DNA of 64,000 nt, taken from assembly GCA_963665235.2 (NCBI GenBank), contig CAXXLX010000001.1:2720001-2784000 (forward strand), in the 5' to 3' direction. A program made the position numbers and the translations under genes. The notes under the pieces were generated by a model that saw only the letters and a program-made list of their open reading frames with translations, made no database searches and was not told the origin of the DNA. Positions 50,216-60,812 of the stretch are shown here, in pieces. The first letter of the stretch is position 1. Each line of letters starts with the position of its first letter. This DNA comes from Candidatus Poribacteria bacterium (GTDB lineage: Bacteria; Poribacteria; WGA-4E; WGA-3G).

Positions 50216-50914
50216 ATGCGTTATAATGCTATAATATTTGATCTGTTCGGCACGCTAGTTGGAAATTTCAGCCGCCGAGGGCATAATCGAGCAAATGCGA
50301 AAATCGCTGAAGCACTTAACATTCCAATTCCAAAATTTTCGGAACTGATATGGGACACATATTTCAACAGATCTCTAGGGGTTTATGCCTCGATAGAAGA
50401 AAATGTGCTTGACATCTGCCATCGCTTGGGTATACAAACGAATATAGAACAAATTACACAATTTACGGAAGCACATTATAAATTTACAGCAAATATACTT
50501 ATCCCTGAACCAGAGGTTTTAGAGTTATTGGTATTACTGAGAAGAAAGGGGTTTCTGCTTGGGCTCATTAGCAATTGCGCGCCCACTGTACCACGACTTT
50601 TTCCACAATCCCGTTTAGCCCCATACATGGACGTGTCTATTTTTTCGTGTGAAGAACGTATAAAAAAACCTTCACTCGGCATCTATAATCTCACATGCGA
50701 GCGGTTGCAAGTTAAACCGGAGGAATGTCTTTACATTGGGGATGGAAGTAGCGAGGAGCTAACGGGCGCAGCAGCAGCGGGAATGCTCCCGATTCTAAAA
50801 CGCCCCGAGCTGACAGATGTTTACGATACACACCGTCCGGAAGTGGAGACCTGGCAGGGGCGTACTATTGATGAAATCCCGGAACTGTGGGACATTGTTT
50901 GTGAATTAACGTAG
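50216..50914 (+). CDS. HAD-superfamily hydrolase
   Basis: FDLFGTL, LISN, KKP, YIGDG. Confidence 0.9.
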   Translation: MRYNAIIFDLFGTLVGNFSRRGHNRANAKIAEALNIPIPKFSELIWDTYFNRSLGVYASIEENVLDICHRLGIQTNIEQITQFTEAHYKFTANILIPEPEVLELLVLLRRKGFLLGLISNCAPTVPRLFPQSRLAPYMDVSIFSCEERIKKPSLGIYNLTCERLQVKPEECLYIGDGSSEELTGAAAAGMLPILKRPELTDVYDTHRPEVETWQGRTIDEIPELWDIVCELT

Positions 50915-51004
50915 TTTTTCTGCGTTTGTCCCAACCTAAAATATATCCATGGAATAAAATCTAAACATACCGGAAAAACAGCAACCGATATACGGAGGTT
51001 TCTC

Positions 51005-51640
51005 ATGCCTACAATCGAAACAGTTTTTGACTCCCCAGGTCCGCAGCCCAACGGTATGCAAGCCACTGAAGATGGGCTCTGGATTATCGACCAACGGAGC
51101 AACGAGGTCCATCTTGTCTCATATCAGGGGGTTGTGAAAAAGACGCTCACTACCGACTCTGACAGGGGCAGCGGAATTACACACACTGGTACAAATCTTT
51201 GGCTCGCCTCTACCTATAGCTGTGAAATTTTGTCAGCTGACCCTGAAAATGGTAAGACACTCGCCACTTTTGACACGCCCGGGTCAGGCCAGACCGGCGC
51301 ACACGGGTTGGAATGGCGTGACAATAAACTCTGGGTTGCAGTCCCACCCTCGGCAACCATCTACCAGGTTGACGTTGATAACGGGTTCACGGTGCAACAC
51401 ACACTGCCAGCCCCCGGTGACCGACCGCACGGCATCGCATGGGTTGGAGACGACCTCTGGTGCGTTGAGACGAACCATCGCGCTATCTATCATCTCAATC
51501 CGGAAGATGGCAGCCATCTCAACAAAATAGAGATACCGGAACCGCACCCGGAACCCCACGGTATGACCTATTGGGACGGCTATTTCTGGTACTGTGATGC
51601 CCATACAACCGCTGTCTGCCGAGTTGCATTATCCCAATGA
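51005..51640 (+). CDS. Beta-propeller protein (YVTN/glutamine cyclotransferase-like)
   Basis: Repeated PG..PHG(L/I).W....LW blades. Confidence 0.7.
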   Translation: MPTIETVFDSPGPQPNGMQATEDGLWIIDQRSNEVHLVSYQGVVKKTLTTDSDRGSGITHTGTNLWLASTYSCEILSADPENGKTLATFDTPGSGQTGAHGLEWRDNKLWVAVPPSATIYQVDVDNGFTVQHTLPAPGDRPHGIAWVGDDLWCVETNHRAIYHLNPEDGSHLNKIEIPEPHPEPHGMTYWDGYFWYCDAHTTAVCRVALSQ

Positions 51641-52416
51641 AAACAGAGGGCAGACTTTTAAATATGGGTGTAAACTGCGCAGCGATGAATATGGCAATTG
51701 ATGAAGTAATTCTGAACGCGCAGAAAGCACACCCAAACCCAACGCTGCGGTTTTACGATTGGGCGGCACCGGCGTTCAGTTTCGGCTACTTTCAAGATAT
51801 TGCCACCGAAGTGGACGTGACAGCCTGCCGTGCAGATGGTATCGAATTGGTCAAACGTATGACCGGCGGTGGGACCGTCGTGCATGGATGGGATATGACC
51901 TATACGCTCATTCTTCCGCGTAGTGCTGGAGAGATGAGCATCTCTGACCTGTATCAATGCCTTGGACAAAGTCTCGTCAAAGCGTTTAGCAAGCTTGGCC
52001 TCACTGCCCAGTGTTATGCCGCGTCCACCGATTCCTCACAAACTGCCCAGAATATCTGCCTGACGAACCCTGCTAAACATGATGTGATGTGCCATGAGAA
52101 AAAATTGGCGGGGGTTTCTGTCAGACGCACTCGAAAAGGCATCATGTTTCAAGGATATATCTCCCTGAATATGCCTCCGCTGTCAATCCTTGCGCGTGTC
52201 TCAAAATCCCCTGATGTTCAGCAGCTGCTACGCCACAAATCAACAGCTATCAATACAGAGACGCGTGCTGTAACGAGAGGCGCGCTCATTCAGGCTATCT
52301 GTGACACGTTTGAAGTCGGAATCGCGTTCAATTTCGCGGAACTATCGTCGACAGAGCGGACGCTAGCAGAGGCGTTGGCGAAAACTAAGTATGCTACAGC
52401 GGATTGGAATTTCTGA
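51637..52416 (+). CDS. Lipoate-protein ligase family protein
   Basis: NMAIDE, PTLRFY, KRMTGGGTVVH, KKLAG. Confidence 0.88.
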   Translation: MKTEGRLLNMGVNCAAMNMAIDEVILNAQKAHPNPTLRFYDWAAPAFSFGYFQDIATEVDVTACRADGIELVKRMTGGGTVVHGWDMTYTLILPRSAGEMSISDLYQCLGQSLVKAFSKLGLTAQCYAASTDSSQTAQNICLTNPAKHDVMCHEKKLAGVSVRRTRKGIMFQGYISLNMPPLSILARVSKSPDVQQLLRHKSTAINTETRAVTRGALIQAICDTFEVGIAFNFAELSSTERTLAEALAKTKYATADWNF

Positions 52417-52432
52417 TGGTTTCTATGAACTG

Positions 52433-52550
52433 ATACCATTTTTATTAATGATTCTATCATTACCGGTTGTTAGAAATGAAACGGAGAACGGAAGACACAA
52501 ACTGGAAGTTTATGCTACAATAAAGAGACATTTTCAATTAGAAATGGTAT
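52433..52550. mobile_element. MITE-like element, compact copy
   Basis: ATACCATTT/AAATGGTAT termini; reverse complement of 47601-47826 with one 27-mer unit. Confidence 0.65.
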
Positions 52551-52573
52551 GACTATTGGAGGCTAACGACATC

Positions 52574-53668
52574 ATGAATCGTGTACGAATAGGTGTTATT
52601 GGGTGTGGTGCAGTTGCGCAGGTGCAACATTTGCCGAACCTTGCGGAATTACATAGAGAATTTGCGGTGACAATCGTCTGTGACCTATCGCCCGGTGCTG
52701 CGGAAGCCGCCGCTCGGCGATTTCGTATTCCCAAATACGTAACAAATTACGCGGAACTGTTGGAAACAGATGTAGAGGCAGTACTGCTTTGCCACAGCGA
52801 CCCGAAAACAGAGGTCGCACTCGCCGCATTTGAAGCCGGTAAACATGTCTTTATTGAAAAACCGGTCTGCTTTTCGCTACAGGAGGTTGAGGCGATGATA
52901 GCAGCACAACGCAAAGCTGGTACCGTCGGCCAAGCAGGATACATGAAGGTCCATGACCCCGCTTTTCAACTTGCCAAGCGGGAAGTGGATACAATGGAGA
53001 ACTACCGGTTCGTTCAAATTAACCATCTACATCCCAACAATAGCTTGCACCTGAGCCAGTTTGACGTGGAAAGGTTCAACGATTTACCCCCAGATGCATT
53101 TAAGTCGGCAGGTGAGGCTCGGAGGGCAGCCCGGGCTGAAGCGATAGGCGATGTATCTGCTGAAGCAGAACGCGCATTTTTTCTACTTTCAGGGAGTATG
53201 ATTCACGACATTTATAGCCTACGGGTAATGCTCGGTTCACCAAGTGAGGTTATAAGTGCTGAAGTATGGTCTGGCGGGCAAGGCGTAAGCATCGTTTTTG
53301 GATATCCAAACGGTGCACGGTGTATCGCAACCTGGGTCGATCTCCCGGACTTGTGGGATTTTAAGGAGACGTTGGAGATTTATGGCGACACCAAACGGGT
53401 GTTAGTGTCGTATCCTACAGGTTTTTCACGCGGAATTCTCTCCGAAGTGACGATATACGGTATAGATGCTGCTGATGGTACGACATATAAGAAATCCCCC
53501 GCGATTGAATGGGAGAGCGCGTTTGTCCGCGAGCTCCGGCATTTCCATGCATGTATAACAGCGGGTGAGACGTGCTATACCTCCCTAGAATCCGCACGAA
53601 AGGATATTGAGCTGATTATTAATATTGTGAAATGCTATGTGGATAAGGTGCCGGTTAAATGCGGCTAG
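52574..53668 (+). CDS. Gfo/Idh/MocA oxidoreductase
   Basis: GVIGCG, GKHVFIEKP, IHD. Confidence 0.9.
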   Translation: MNRVRIGVIGCGAVAQVQHLPNLAELHREFAVTIVCDLSPGAAEAAARRFRIPKYVTNYAELLETDVEAVLLCHSDPKTEVALAAFEAGKHVFIEKPVCFSLQEVEAMIAAQRKAGTVGQAGYMKVHDPAFQLAKREVDTMENYRFVQINHLHPNNSLHLSQFDVERFNDLPPDAFKSAGEARRAARAEAIGDVSAEAERAFFLLSGSMIHDIYSLRVMLGSPSEVISAEVWSGGQGVSIVFGYPNGARCIATWVDLPDLWDFKETLEIYGDTKRVLVSYPTGFSRGILSEVTIYGIDAADGTTYKKSPAIEWESAFVRELRHFHACITAGETCYTSLESARKDIELIINIVKCYVDKVPVKCG

Positions 53669-53962
53669 AGCAGTTAAGCGGGCTTTCAAAGCCCGCATAC
53701 ACTGTTGTAACGTGAGTTTGAAAAAAAGTTTTCCCCTAGTATTATGTTTATAGAAGCAGCGGTTACCGCCCCGGCTCTTAGTCCCAGTATTCGGGCAAGC
53801 AGCCCGCTCTTTAAGGACGATATCTTTATAGAAACGTGAGTTTGAAAAAAAGTTTCTTTAGTCCCGTAGGGACGATATCTTTATAGAAGCTAGGGCAAAC
53901 GGACATTTATTATCAAGCTCGCGTTGTTGTATATAAGAGCAGCACGCTTACAAACGTGTCAA

Positions 53963-54727
53963 TTACCATGCCACCCATCCGCCGTCGACAGCGATGGTCT
54001 GTCCTGTAACCCAATTTGCAGCATCTGACGCTAAGAAGAGCACAGCACCGACAACCTCGTCTACCTCACCGACGCGGCCCATCGGGATACGGCGCACTAC
54101 ATCTTCATAAAATTCTTTCCGTTGCAGGAGCACATCCGCAAGCGGAGTCCGCGTGAACGCTGGCGCGACAGCATTTACAGTGACGTTATGCGGTGCCCAT
54201 TCAACGGCAAGCCCTTTGGTTAACAACACAACGCCGCCCTTGCTACCGGAATAGGCGGTACGCAACGGACCCCCTACCAACCCCATCGTAGAGGAGATAT
54301 TGATAATCTTTCCGCTCTCCCGTTCTATCATCGGTTTGACAAGCGTTTGGGTTAAAAAGAATAACCCTTTGAGGTTCAGGTCATAGATTGCATCCCAATC
54401 CTCTTCGGTTAATTCCAGGGCAGGTTTAGGACGATTGGTACCAGCATTATTAACCAGCACATCCACTCTGCCCCATACATCAATAGCGGCTTGTGCACCG
54501 CGTTCAATATCATCTATATTGCTAACATCAAACACGACCGGCTCCGCTTCACCGCCGTTTGTGCGAATCTCTGCTGCGACCTCTTCAAGGTCAGAAAGCG
54601 TTCGGCTGTTTAGGATAACCTTCGCACCCATCTGCGCAGCAGCGAGCGCGATACCTTTACCGATACCTTTACCGGAACCGGTGACTAACATTACTTTATC
54701 CTTCAATTCAAATCCTGGAAATGCCAT
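53963..54727 (-). CDS. SDR oxidoreductase
   Basis: TGSGKGIG, NNAG, YSGSK, VDGG. Confidence 0.92.
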   Translation of the reverse strand: MAFPGFELKDKVMLVTGSGKGIGKGIALAAAQMGAKVILNSRTLSDLEEVAAEIRTNGGEAEPVVFDVSNIDDIERGAQAAIDVWGRVDVLVNNAGTNRPKPALELTEEDWDAIYDLNLKGLFFLTQTLVKPMIERESGKIINISSTMGLVGGPLRTAYSGSKGGVVLLTKGLAVEWAPHNVTVNAVAPAFTRTPLADVLLQRKEFYEDVVRRIPMGRVGEVDEVVGAVLFLASDAANWVTGQTIAVDGGWVAW

Positions 54728-54750
54728 AAATTTCCTCCATTTGCCTAAGG

Positions 54751-55584
54751 CTATTTTCTACTTGCTAATTTCAACGTATTTTCTAACAACATTGCACGTG
54801 TCAACGGTCCAACCCCCCCTGGTACCGGTGTAATGAACCCCGCGACCTCCTTGACCTCCTCAAATTTGACATCGCCAACGAGCCGCTCCGACACACTGTT
54901 GATGCCAACGTCAATAACGGTGGCCCCGGGTTTAACCATATCCCCGGTGATGAATTCAGGTTTGCCGACAGCAGCAATCAGAATGTCAGCCGTTTTTGTC
55001 ACGTCGGCGAGTGCTTTTGTGCGTGAATGACAATAGGTGACGGTTGCGTTCCGATTGAGTAGCATCAAACCGACAGGTTTTCCGACAAGTTTGCTTCTGC
55101 CGATACAAACTGCACGTTTCCCTTCAATCGGTTGGCCCGTCAACTCAATCAGACGGATAATCCCGGCTGGGGTGCAAGGCGTTATCCCTTCCCGAGCGAT
55201 GAAAAGATTGCCTAAATTGAGAGGGGTTAGTCCGTCCACATCTTTGTTCGGTGGAATGGCATCAATCACTACCTGCTCATCAATTGTATCTGGCAGCGGC
55301 ATTTGCACCAATATACCGTGTATATCTTGTCGGGCATTTAATGCAGTGATATGCTGAATGAGGACTGCCTGCGTTGTTTCGGTAGCGAGTCGGTGTACTT
55401 CTGAGTGGAAGTGTACCTTTTCACAATCGCGTTGTTTGTGTTTAATATAGAGGGTTGATGCTGGGTCATCGCCGACTTGGATAACAGCGAGGCCAGGGGT
55501 AAACGTGAGCTTTTTCAGTTTGCGTCGAATCTGGCTGCGGATACGTTTCGCGAGTTGGGTACCATTAAGGATTTCGGCTGACAA
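54751..55584 (-). CDS. folD: Methylenetetrahydrofolate dehydrogenase/cyclohydrolase
   Basis: GILVQMPLP, KDVDG, PCTP, GRSKLVGKP, TPVPGGVGPLT. Confidence 0.96.
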   Translation of the reverse strand: MSAEILNGTQLAKRIRSQIRRKLKKLTFTPGLAVIQVGDDPASTLYIKHKQRDCEKVHFHSEVHRLATETTQAVLIQHITALNARQDIHGILVQMPLPDTIDEQVVIDAIPPNKDVDGLTPLNLGNLFIAREGITPCTPAGIIRLIELTGQPIEGKRAVCIGRSKLVGKPVGLMLLNRNATVTYCHSRTKALADVTKTADILIAAVGKPEFITGDMVKPGATVIDVGINSVSERLVGDVKFEEVKEVAGFITPVPGGVGPLTRAMLLENTLKLASRK

Positions 55585-55705
55585 GTGCCCTTCCTCCGAG
55601 TTGTAAAGGGGTTTTGAACAAAATCTTAGTCTTATATGCTATTGTAACATATATCGGGGTTTTTGTCTATTAATTTCAGAATTTTTAGATTGGGTGTGGG
55701 TATCA

Positions 55706-57688
55706 CTATTCAGTCTCAAGCCGTTTGAGACGTTCTTGGAGGAATTGGGTGACGGTGTCGGTGCTGTGAAGACCGAGGGTACCAGCTTCATCTATAACCG
55801 TTTGCATCTGGATAGGGTTATCGTTTAAGAGTTTCTGTGCCTTACGATAATAGGTTTTGGCAGAATCCTTTTCACCCGCCTCCTGGTGCATGACCGCTAA
55901 GTAGATGTGAGCGGCAGCGAACCGAGGTGAACCCTTGCGGTTCTGGATAAACTCCTCGAAAGCAAAACGCGCCTCCGTGTAACGCTGGTCCTCATAGTGG
56001 ACTCTGCCGATGCGGAATTGTGCCCGATCGGCGAAGCTGTCTTTATGACCCCCGGGCAGATATAGCTCGCGTTCAGGATAACCGAGCGTTGTTCTATACG
56101 CTTGCAATGCCTCGTTGAATCGTTCGAGTTTTCTGTAAATTTCCCCCAATTGGAAGTTCGCCATCATAGCGTGCAAAGAGTTTGGATGCTCGGCAATGAC
56201 AGCCTTGTAGGTCTGGAGTGCTGTGTTCGGGGTGTCAAGTTTTTCTGCATAAATAATGCCGGTACGATAGAGTGCCTCCGCTGCGTAAGCGGATTCAGGG
56301 TGTGCCTTGACTAACGCCTTATAGGCATCGACAGCTTTCGGATAATCCTGTAACTCCCGTTCATAGATGGTGCCAATTTGTAGTTGGGCCCTAACCCTTT
56401 CGGCACTATTTGGTGTCTCTTTCTGAATCTGGGTCTGTAAGGTTTGAATAGCTGCCCGGTGTCTAATTGCGTGGTGTTGTGCTGCAGCCCGTTTAGCGTA
56501 TACTGTATTCGGTGCGTTGGCGATTAGGTAACGTATTATTGTTAGTGCCGTAATGTAATCCGCCTTTACGATTGCCTTTTCGAATTTTTCCCATTCAACT
56601 CGAGGCAGCTGTTGCGTAAGCGTATCTATTTTTTCACGAAGCAGGGCGGTTACCTCCGAAACATTTTTATCGTACATCCCAATTTGCCCCAGGTAAGCGG
56701 GGTCAAGGTGTGGAAGATGGACGTGAAGAAAGGTTTTAAAAGCGATAAGGGCTTCACCGTAGTTCCGATTGTGCTCATGGCAGATGCCTGACCAGTAGAA
56801 AACAGCGTGCATATTCCAGAAGTTCGGATATTTCGATGCAAGTGCCTCAAAAACGGTGAGTGCTTCCGTGTAAGCCGCCGCTTTTCGATGCAGATTCGCA
56901 ATCTGAAAAAGTGCCTCTGCAGCAAAATTGCTGGTCGGAAAGTCATCGGCGACCTTCTGATATTCTACAATTGCTAACGACAATTGATTAAGCGCAGTAT
57001 GTCGTAAATGTGCAATACGCCACTGTGCTTCCGGAGCAAGTTTGGCGGTTGGATGCGTCTTAAGCAGGACCTGATACGCCGCAATTGCGCGTTCAGGCTG
57101 ATTGAGTTGTGAGGGGGTTCGATACAGCTCAGCTATCTGGAATTGAGCGACCGCTGCGAGCGGTGTCCCTTTATAGGTGTCAATAATCCGCTCCTGAACC
57201 TGGAGGTTTTCAAGCGCAGTCTGAATGCCTCGAATTTTCTGTAACCCGATTTTATAGGCGAAATGGCTCTCCGGTGCCACGTCGACAAGAGTTTGGTAGG
57301 TTTGAATAGCCTGCTCATATTTCCCCATTCGACTATAGACATCACCGGTTTTAATATAGGCGAGAAAAATTTCCGCGTCTGACAGGGTATCCGCCTGCAT
57401 GCCGATTATTTTTTTATACGCCTTGAGTGCTTCCGGGTACTGCTGTGTATAGTTATAATAGATTTCCCCAAGTTGGTAGTAGCACCAGCTGCGCGTTTCA
57501 ACGTCTTTTTCTTTTACCGATGCGGCGAGTCTTTCCAACTTGTCGACAGCTTCAGGGTACCGGCCCTGCTGGATTAAAGTAGTCACTTCGCTAAGCTGTG
57601 CATGTGCTGTGGAAATTAGGAGTAGTATCAAAAACAGACCGCTCGCTATGCTAAACTGCAGTGGCGAAGCGATTCTCATATTTCCCAT
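55706..57688 (-). CDS. Secreted tetratricopeptide-repeat protein
   Basis: Signal peptide; repeated A...Y..(L)...(H/F)P....A.EA TPR units. Confidence 0.85.
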   Translation of the reverse strand: MGNMRIASPLQFSIASGLFLILLLISTAHAQLSEVTTLIQQGRYPEAVDKLERLAASVKEKDVETRSWCYYQLGEIYYNYTQQYPEALKAYKKIIGMQADTLSDAEIFLAYIKTGDVYSRMGKYEQAIQTYQTLVDVAPESHFAYKIGLQKIRGIQTALENLQVQERIIDTYKGTPLAAVAQFQIAELYRTPSQLNQPERAIAAYQVLLKTHPTAKLAPEAQWRIAHLRHTALNQLSLAIVEYQKVADDFPTSNFAAEALFQIANLHRKAAAYTEALTVFEALASKYPNFWNMHAVFYWSGICHEHNRNYGEALIAFKTFLHVHLPHLDPAYLGQIGMYDKNVSEVTALLREKIDTLTQQLPRVEWEKFEKAIVKADYITALTIIRYLIANAPNTVYAKRAAAQHHAIRHRAAIQTLQTQIQKETPNSAERVRAQLQIGTIYERELQDYPKAVDAYKALVKAHPESAYAAEALYRTGIIYAEKLDTPNTALQTYKAVIAEHPNSLHAMMANFQLGEIYRKLERFNEALQAYRTTLGYPERELYLPGGHKDSFADRAQFRIGRVHYEDQRYTEARFAFEEFIQNRKGSPRFAAAHIYLAVMHQEAGEKDSAKTYYRKAQKLLNDNPIQMQTVIDEAGTLGLHSTDTVTQFLQERLKRLETE

Positions 57689-57707
57689 CGTTAACTTCCT
57701 TGGCGGG

Positions 57708-58343
57708 CTAGGGGTTCTCTGTATTTAGGAGTTCCAACTGAACACTCTGTAGATGTTTATTGGCAATTTTTGCCCAGTCCGTACCTTGTGCCTGCTCCTT
57801 AACGCGTTGGAGTTGACTCACAGTCTCCCATTCGTCCGCGTTCCGAAGGTGTCGGGTTCTGAGGACATCCTCCATGCTCCGTTGAATATCTTGCAGTCTA
57901 TACTGTTCCATTCTCGCAGCAGCAGAGTCCGTTTGTCCTAATCGTAACGTTGTCGTGGCACGAAACGGATTACTTACGAGAATTGTAGCGCAAATTGTTG
58001 CGATGATGAGGAAACAGATTGCCGCTGTTTTCGGTACCCGGAACATTGAAAGGACATTCGTGCAGTGCGTCCAAAAGCGTGCCCATAGCGGTGGGGTTTC
58101 AGGCTGCGTAGCCGCCAGACGTTTGTAAAGTTTCATCTCAAGGTCGTGTGCTGCGAAGGTGCGGGGGATTAGGGCACCCTCTGCTTCATCGGCAAGGTGA
58201 AGCACACGTTGAAAGCCGTTGACCTGTACACGACAGGAGGTGCATGTACTGAGATGCTGTTCAAAAACGGCAGCTTGGGGTTGGTCAAGTTCACCAAATA
58301 GATAATCTATCGTTTGTGCTTCAAATTTCTTACAGGCTGGCAT
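57708..58343 (-). CDS. zf-HC2 anti-sigma factor
   Basis: C...IDYLFGEL...HLSTCTSC plus one TM helix. Confidence 0.85.
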   Translation of the reverse strand: MPACKKFEAQTIDYLFGELDQPQAAVFEQHLSTCTSCRVQVNGFQRVLHLADEAEGALIPRTFAAHDLEMKLYKRLAATQPETPPLWARFWTHCTNVLSMFRVPKTAAICFLIIATICATILVSNPFRATTTLRLGQTDSAAARMEQYRLQDIQRSMEDVLRTRHLRNADEWETVSQLQRVKEQAQGTDWAKIANKHLQSVQLELLNTENP

Positions 58344-58354
58344 GAATTATCCTC

Positions 58355-58936
58355 TTATATCTGGTTATTTTCCAATAATGGACGGAGTAAGGTTTGCAGT
58401 TTATCGATTGCGCGATGGAGATGGATTTTCACGGTGCCTTCAGCTATACCGAGGGCTTCGGCTGCCTCCTTAATCTGTAACCCCTCATATCGAGTTAGCA
58501 TAAAAACAGCTTTCTGCTTCGGGGAAAGTTCGTCGACCGCTTCACGGATGATGCGTCCGCGTTCCTTATCCGCTAACTGTTTTTCGGGATTGCTTGAGAG
58601 GTCTGTTGCGATGAGTTTTGCCTCAATCCCCTCTTCATCGTCCGACAGGTGGACAGGCTGCCGCGCTTTGGCACGGTGATAATCAATAGCACGGTTTGAG
58701 GCAATTGTATAGAGCCAAGTTGAAAACTTTGCCTTCGGTTGCCACGTAGGCAGCGCACGGTATGCCTTAACAAAGACATCCAGCGTTAACTCTTCGGCAT
58801 CTTCGTGGTTTCTTACAGACCGCAGAAGATATCCAAAGATTCGGCGTTGATAACGTTTAAACAACTCATCAAACGCACTTTGGCGACCCGATTGGAAATG
58901 GGCAACGAGCATTTCATCGTCAATCAATTTATCCAT
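58355..58936 (-). CDS. ECF sigma-70 factor
   Basis: DAEELTLDVF, FSTWLYTIASN, AEALGIAEGTVKIHLHRA. Confidence 0.93.
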   Translation of the reverse strand: MDKLIDDEMLVAHFQSGRQSAFDELFKRYQRRIFGYLLRSVRNHEDAEELTLDVFVKAYRALPTWQPKAKFSTWLYTIASNRAIDYHRAKARQPVHLSDDEEGIEAKLIATDLSSNPEKQLADKERGRIIREAVDELSPKQKAVFMLTRYEGLQIKEAAEALGIAEGTVKIHLHRAIDKLQTLLRPLLENNQI

Positions 58937-59074
58937 AATTCCCACCTTAGGGGATGTTTGCAAACGAATTTGTTGTTTATAACGTATACCTTTCAATTAA
59001 GTTTACAATATTCCGTACTTTGTGTCAAAATTTTATGTTAGGCGCGGATGTGTAAAATTTTCGGACGTTCTTCT

Positions 59075-59277
59075 GTAGGAGCGTGCTGTGCCCGCGATAC
59101 CCCTCTTCTGTAGGAGTGTGCTGTGCCCGCGATACCCCTCTTCTGTAGGAGCGTGCTGTGCCCGCGATACCCCTCTTCTGTAGGAGCGTGCTGTGCACGC
59201 GATACCCCTCTTCTGTAGGAGCGTGCTGTTCACGCGATACCCCTCTTCTGTAGGAGCGTGCTGTGCACGCGATACCC
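59075..59277 (+). repeat. GTAG-family REP-like tandem array (6 x 35 bp)
   Basis: GTAGGAGCGTGCTGTGCCCGCGATACCCCTCTTCT with period 35. Confidence 0.9.
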
Positions 59278-59479
59278 TAGACGCTCACAATCCCCTAAAA
59301 AGACTATGTCTCTTAAACTCCGCGTTCTCCGCGTTCTCCGCGCCTTCCGCGATTCTGACAACACACACACAAAATCCACTCTTCCGCTCTTCCACTCTTC
59401 CACTCTTCCATCCTTCCCCCTATCATATTTACAAAAACTTTCATGGACGCGATTAAGTGGATTTTTGAGAGGAATTAGT

Positions 59480-60756
59480 TTATCAAATCTTCGCTTCATG
59501 CTTTAGCTGGGGGATGTAGTAGCGGCGCATGAGTTGAAATTTTAATTTGACTTTTCCTGAAAAATGGGGTATACTCTATTTAATGCACTTAGCGGAGAAT
59601 CTATAGACTTCTCCGTCTTTCTAGAGGTAGGTAGCAACTTTTCCGCTGATACCCTTATATGTATACCACAAAATACAAACTTTTTCGTGCCCCGCGTAAT
59701 CGTAATTCAAGCGTTTAACGTGGGTTGCCCATGATGTTTGTAACTATTTTTTAGGTTGGCAGCGGACGCGCTATTCTCTTGGTCTTGCGTATATGTCGCT
59801 TCCTGAGATGTCGCGTGCCTTTACCGTCCTTAGGAACTCACATCCTGAAGTGTTTTCGCATTGGCGTGAGTTAGACTCTTGGGCGGCGCGTGATATACTG
59901 CGGCGTTTAGACACCGGGTATCAGCGTTTTTTTAAGTGTATTGCGAAGCGTCCGCCTAAGTTTCGTTCATGGCGCAAACCGTATTCATTCACAATGTCCG
60001 CCTCTGGCTATAGTTTCTATGGTGATAGGGTCCGTATAATGGAAAAACAATATCGGTTTAATCTAAGCCGCTCACATTAAGACAGTCACGTTTTCCAGCA
60101 AAGCGTTGGTGACTTCTATATGTGTGTTGTAACAGATGACACGGTATCTGAAATCCTACCTAAACTAGTCCAGGGTATGATTTCGGTATCAAAACGATGT
60201 TCACCTGTTCCGATTCCTATGCGTCCCTGAGTTCTATACCTCTATGGCATTTGTCTGTAGCCCAACGTGCCCATGCTAAGAAAGTAAAGGGTAGCAACAC
60301 CCGTTCCCGCTTAGATGTGGCGCGCAAACATAAAATCTGACAACGATGAGGATCATCACAAACTCGCGAAGCGTCTGTGCATGAACACGATGACCTCTGT
60401 TTTGAGACGTTGACTTTTGAGGGTAGAAACGCATCTGGGGTCGTCAAGTTTCTGATATTGCGCCAGAAAACTCGTTTCATCAAAAGTTGCAACATCAAGC
60501 GGTAAAACCGGTAAAGAGGTTCACTATATTGACCGGAACCGACTTCTAAGACTTGTATGGACAGCGAAAACAGCAGCTGGACTTGTCTGTTCGTCAATGG
60601 TGTTGCACTTGCGCGCAGAAACAATCGGGACGTTAACGCTGCCATAAATATTTTAAAGGTTGGGGCATCAACCATGTCAGTCTTGCTATTGCGAGCAGCC
60701 CTCGCAGATTCACAAAGTCTATACCCCACAATCCGCACCAGAAGCATGGGATTCAC
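59480..60756 (+). pseudogene. tnpB: Decayed IS200/IS605-family tnpB element
   Basis: Frameshifted fragments: MYTTKYKL, ...RRLDTGYQRFFK..KRPPKF, G(M)DFGIK, PTSKTC, NRDVNAAINILKVG; end-like sequence gctttagctggggg near 59500. Confidence 0.8.
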
Positions 60757-60812
60757 TTTGAGAGGAATTAGCTTTAGCTAATAAGATAAGAAAAAAAACG
60801 GAGGTATTTTCG

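Noticed and set aside
47418-53925. Inverted repeat pairs as ends of a composite transposon or invertible segment
   Set aside because: The order is A-B...A'-B' rather than nested, and no transposase or recombinase lies inside; better explained as dispersed elements.
59075-59277. 35-bp array as CRISPR
   Set aside because: No spacers; same GTAG REP family as 10960 and 16888.
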